From positions 620,001 to 684,000 of the forward strand of contig JANJGN010000052.1 of the NCBI GenBank assembly GCA_026770705.1: DNA of 64,000 bases, written 5' to 3'. This document shows, piece by piece, positions 62,557 through 64,000 of this stretch. The notes under the pieces were generated by a model. The model saw nothing but the letters and a program-made list of their open reading frames with translations, ran no database searches and had not been told where the DNA came from. The number at the start of each line of letters is the position of its first letter. Position 1 is the first letter of the stretch. This DNA comes from Isurus oxyrinchus. Lineage: Eukaryota. Both the position numbers and the translations under genes were made by a program.

Positions 62557-63010
62557 ACTGGATTTCCAAAAGGCATTCGTTAAGGTGCCACATCAAAGGA
62601 TACTGCACAGGGTGAAATTGGATGGTGTTGGGGGGGATATATTAATATGGATAGAGGACTGGCGAACTGACAGGAAACAGAGAGCCAGGATAAATGGGTG
62701 ATTTTCAGCTTGGTAAACTGTAACTAGTGGAGAGCCACAGGGATCAGTGCTGAGGCCTCAACTATTCACAATCTACATTAGTGACTTGGATGAAGGGACT
62801 GACTGTACTGTAGGCAGATTTTCTGACTGTATGGTGAAGATAGGTAGGAAATATATCAGCTGGGCAGGAAAGCAAGTTGTGAGGAGGACACAAAGAGGCT
62901 GCAGAGGGAGATAAATAGTTTCAAAGAGTGGGTAAAAAAATGAGTGGATGGAATATAAGGAGGGGAAATGTCAGGGTGTCCAGCTGATCCTATTTGTTCT
63001 GTTCTTATAT
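62557..63010 (+). mobile_element. CR1 RT fragment
   Basis: LDFQKAF...SGEPQGSVL...TIYISDL readable in the DNA. Confidence 0.75.
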
Positions 63011-63074
63011 TCTTATACAGACACAGGGTTTACTGACAGTGCACAGCAAAGTGCTGTTCTCTCACTTTGTTCCA

Positions 63075-63214
63075 ACTTCCTCATTTTGACTCACAGAGAC
63101 ACATCAACCCTTTCTAATTAAACACACAGAGGGAGCAGCACAGGAAGAGGTCATTCAGCCCAAACAGAGCGTGTGGGCAGTTCCTCCCCAGGCGAGCAGT
63201 CGGACAGGTCCTGG
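63075..63214 (+). promoter_or_regulatory. Candidate promoter (PU.1 site) and non-coding exon 1 of gene E
   Basis: ACTTCCTCATTTT at 63075-63087; TGG|gtaagt at 63215. Confidence 0.55.
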
Positions 63215-63647
63215 GTAAGTAACGGAACGATTGGAATTCACTTCCACCACCAACACCGTCCTTTGTTGATGTTGTGACTTTATAAAGACAGATTCCAATG
63301 ATTGATGCCTTTGAAAGATTTCTACTGATTATTGAGATCTGGGTGTGAGACTCAAGTCTGTTGTACAGAACATCTTTCTAGCTCAAGGTACATGAGCTTG
63401 GGGACATCCTGAGGTGGTGAAAGGTGCTATAGAAATGCAAGTCCTTCATTGTTTTTCTTTCTGAAAGCCTTGTAATTCTCTGCAGAGCACCAATCATCCC
63501 ACAGAGAATCAAATTTGTCTGTGAAGATATTCTCTAAAAGCAGTTCTGATCTCTCGAGAGCATTCAGACAAGAGGTGAAGTCTCATTAACTCCTTTCTCT
63601 TTCAGAACTTCACAGCTAGAAGCTGAGGAAATATCTGGGAGTGGACA

Positions 63648-63687
63648 ATGATCGGGAAATCTTACTTCCTCCTGTCACTTCTTCAAG
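63648..63687 (+). CDS. Leader exon of gene E, continuing off the right edge
   Basis: acaATG ATC GGG AAA TCT TAC TTC CTC CTG TCA CTT CTT CAA G|gtaata. Confidence 0.82.
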
Positions 63688-64000
63688 GTAATACCATCGT
63701 CAGCTCGGACAGATTTATGGTTAATAGTCTTTGTAAAAGATCATTCTTATTGAGCTCTGATAGGGAACTGATTCCGCAGTGAGCCAGTGTACAAACTCAC
63801 ACCAAGTCCCATTCACCCATCACCCCTGTGTTCACTGATATACACTGACTCCCTGTCTGACAGCAGAATTGGAGGAGACCAGAGGTCTTGGAGGGTTGTA
63901 GGGGCTGGAGGAGTTTACAGGGATAGGCAGGTTTGTAGCAGTGAGAGCAGAATCTTAAAATTCAGGTGCTGTCGGATGTTGGTCAGTGAGCGAAGGGGAT

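Overview
Vertebrate genomic DNA, most likely a cartilaginous fish (inferred from the CR1/L2/Penelope repeat content and a 33-bp Deu-SINE-like minisatellite). The window holds a cluster of Siglec/CD33-like immunoglobulin-superfamily receptor genes arranged as two mirror-image arms around a ~5.6-kb spacer (28.6-34.2 kb). I rebuilt the exons by hand from splice signals and intron phase. Each unit has a PU.1-type site, a candidate non-coding exon 1, a 40-nt leader exon (MIGKSYFLLSLLQ), V-set exon(s) with the Siglec cysteine pattern and F-strand Arg (YFFR), and C2-set exons. Two different membrane ends occur: (i) a single TM/short-tail exon with an Arg in the TM helix (activating type, 3655-3794 and 39635-39774, not shown in the ORF track); (ii) a neutral TM exon (53672-53768) followed by a tandemly duplicated pair of cytoplasmic exons with LLYANP/TEYAQI tyrosine motifs (inhibitory type). 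Minus arm: gene B (L-V-C2-C2) is joined to gene A (V-V-C2-TM[Arg]) by a ~3.7-kb deletion, followed by the leader of a further gene at the left edge. Plus arm: pseudogene C (activating type), open gene D (L-V-V-C2-TM-tail, 499 aa predicted), and the leader of gene E at the right edge. An orphan tyrosine-motif tail exon sits in the spacer. Overall this looks like a paired activating/inhibitory Siglec-like receptor system reshaped by inversion, gene conversion, exon duplication and fusion. Gene letters are my own labels, and repeat boundaries are approximate.
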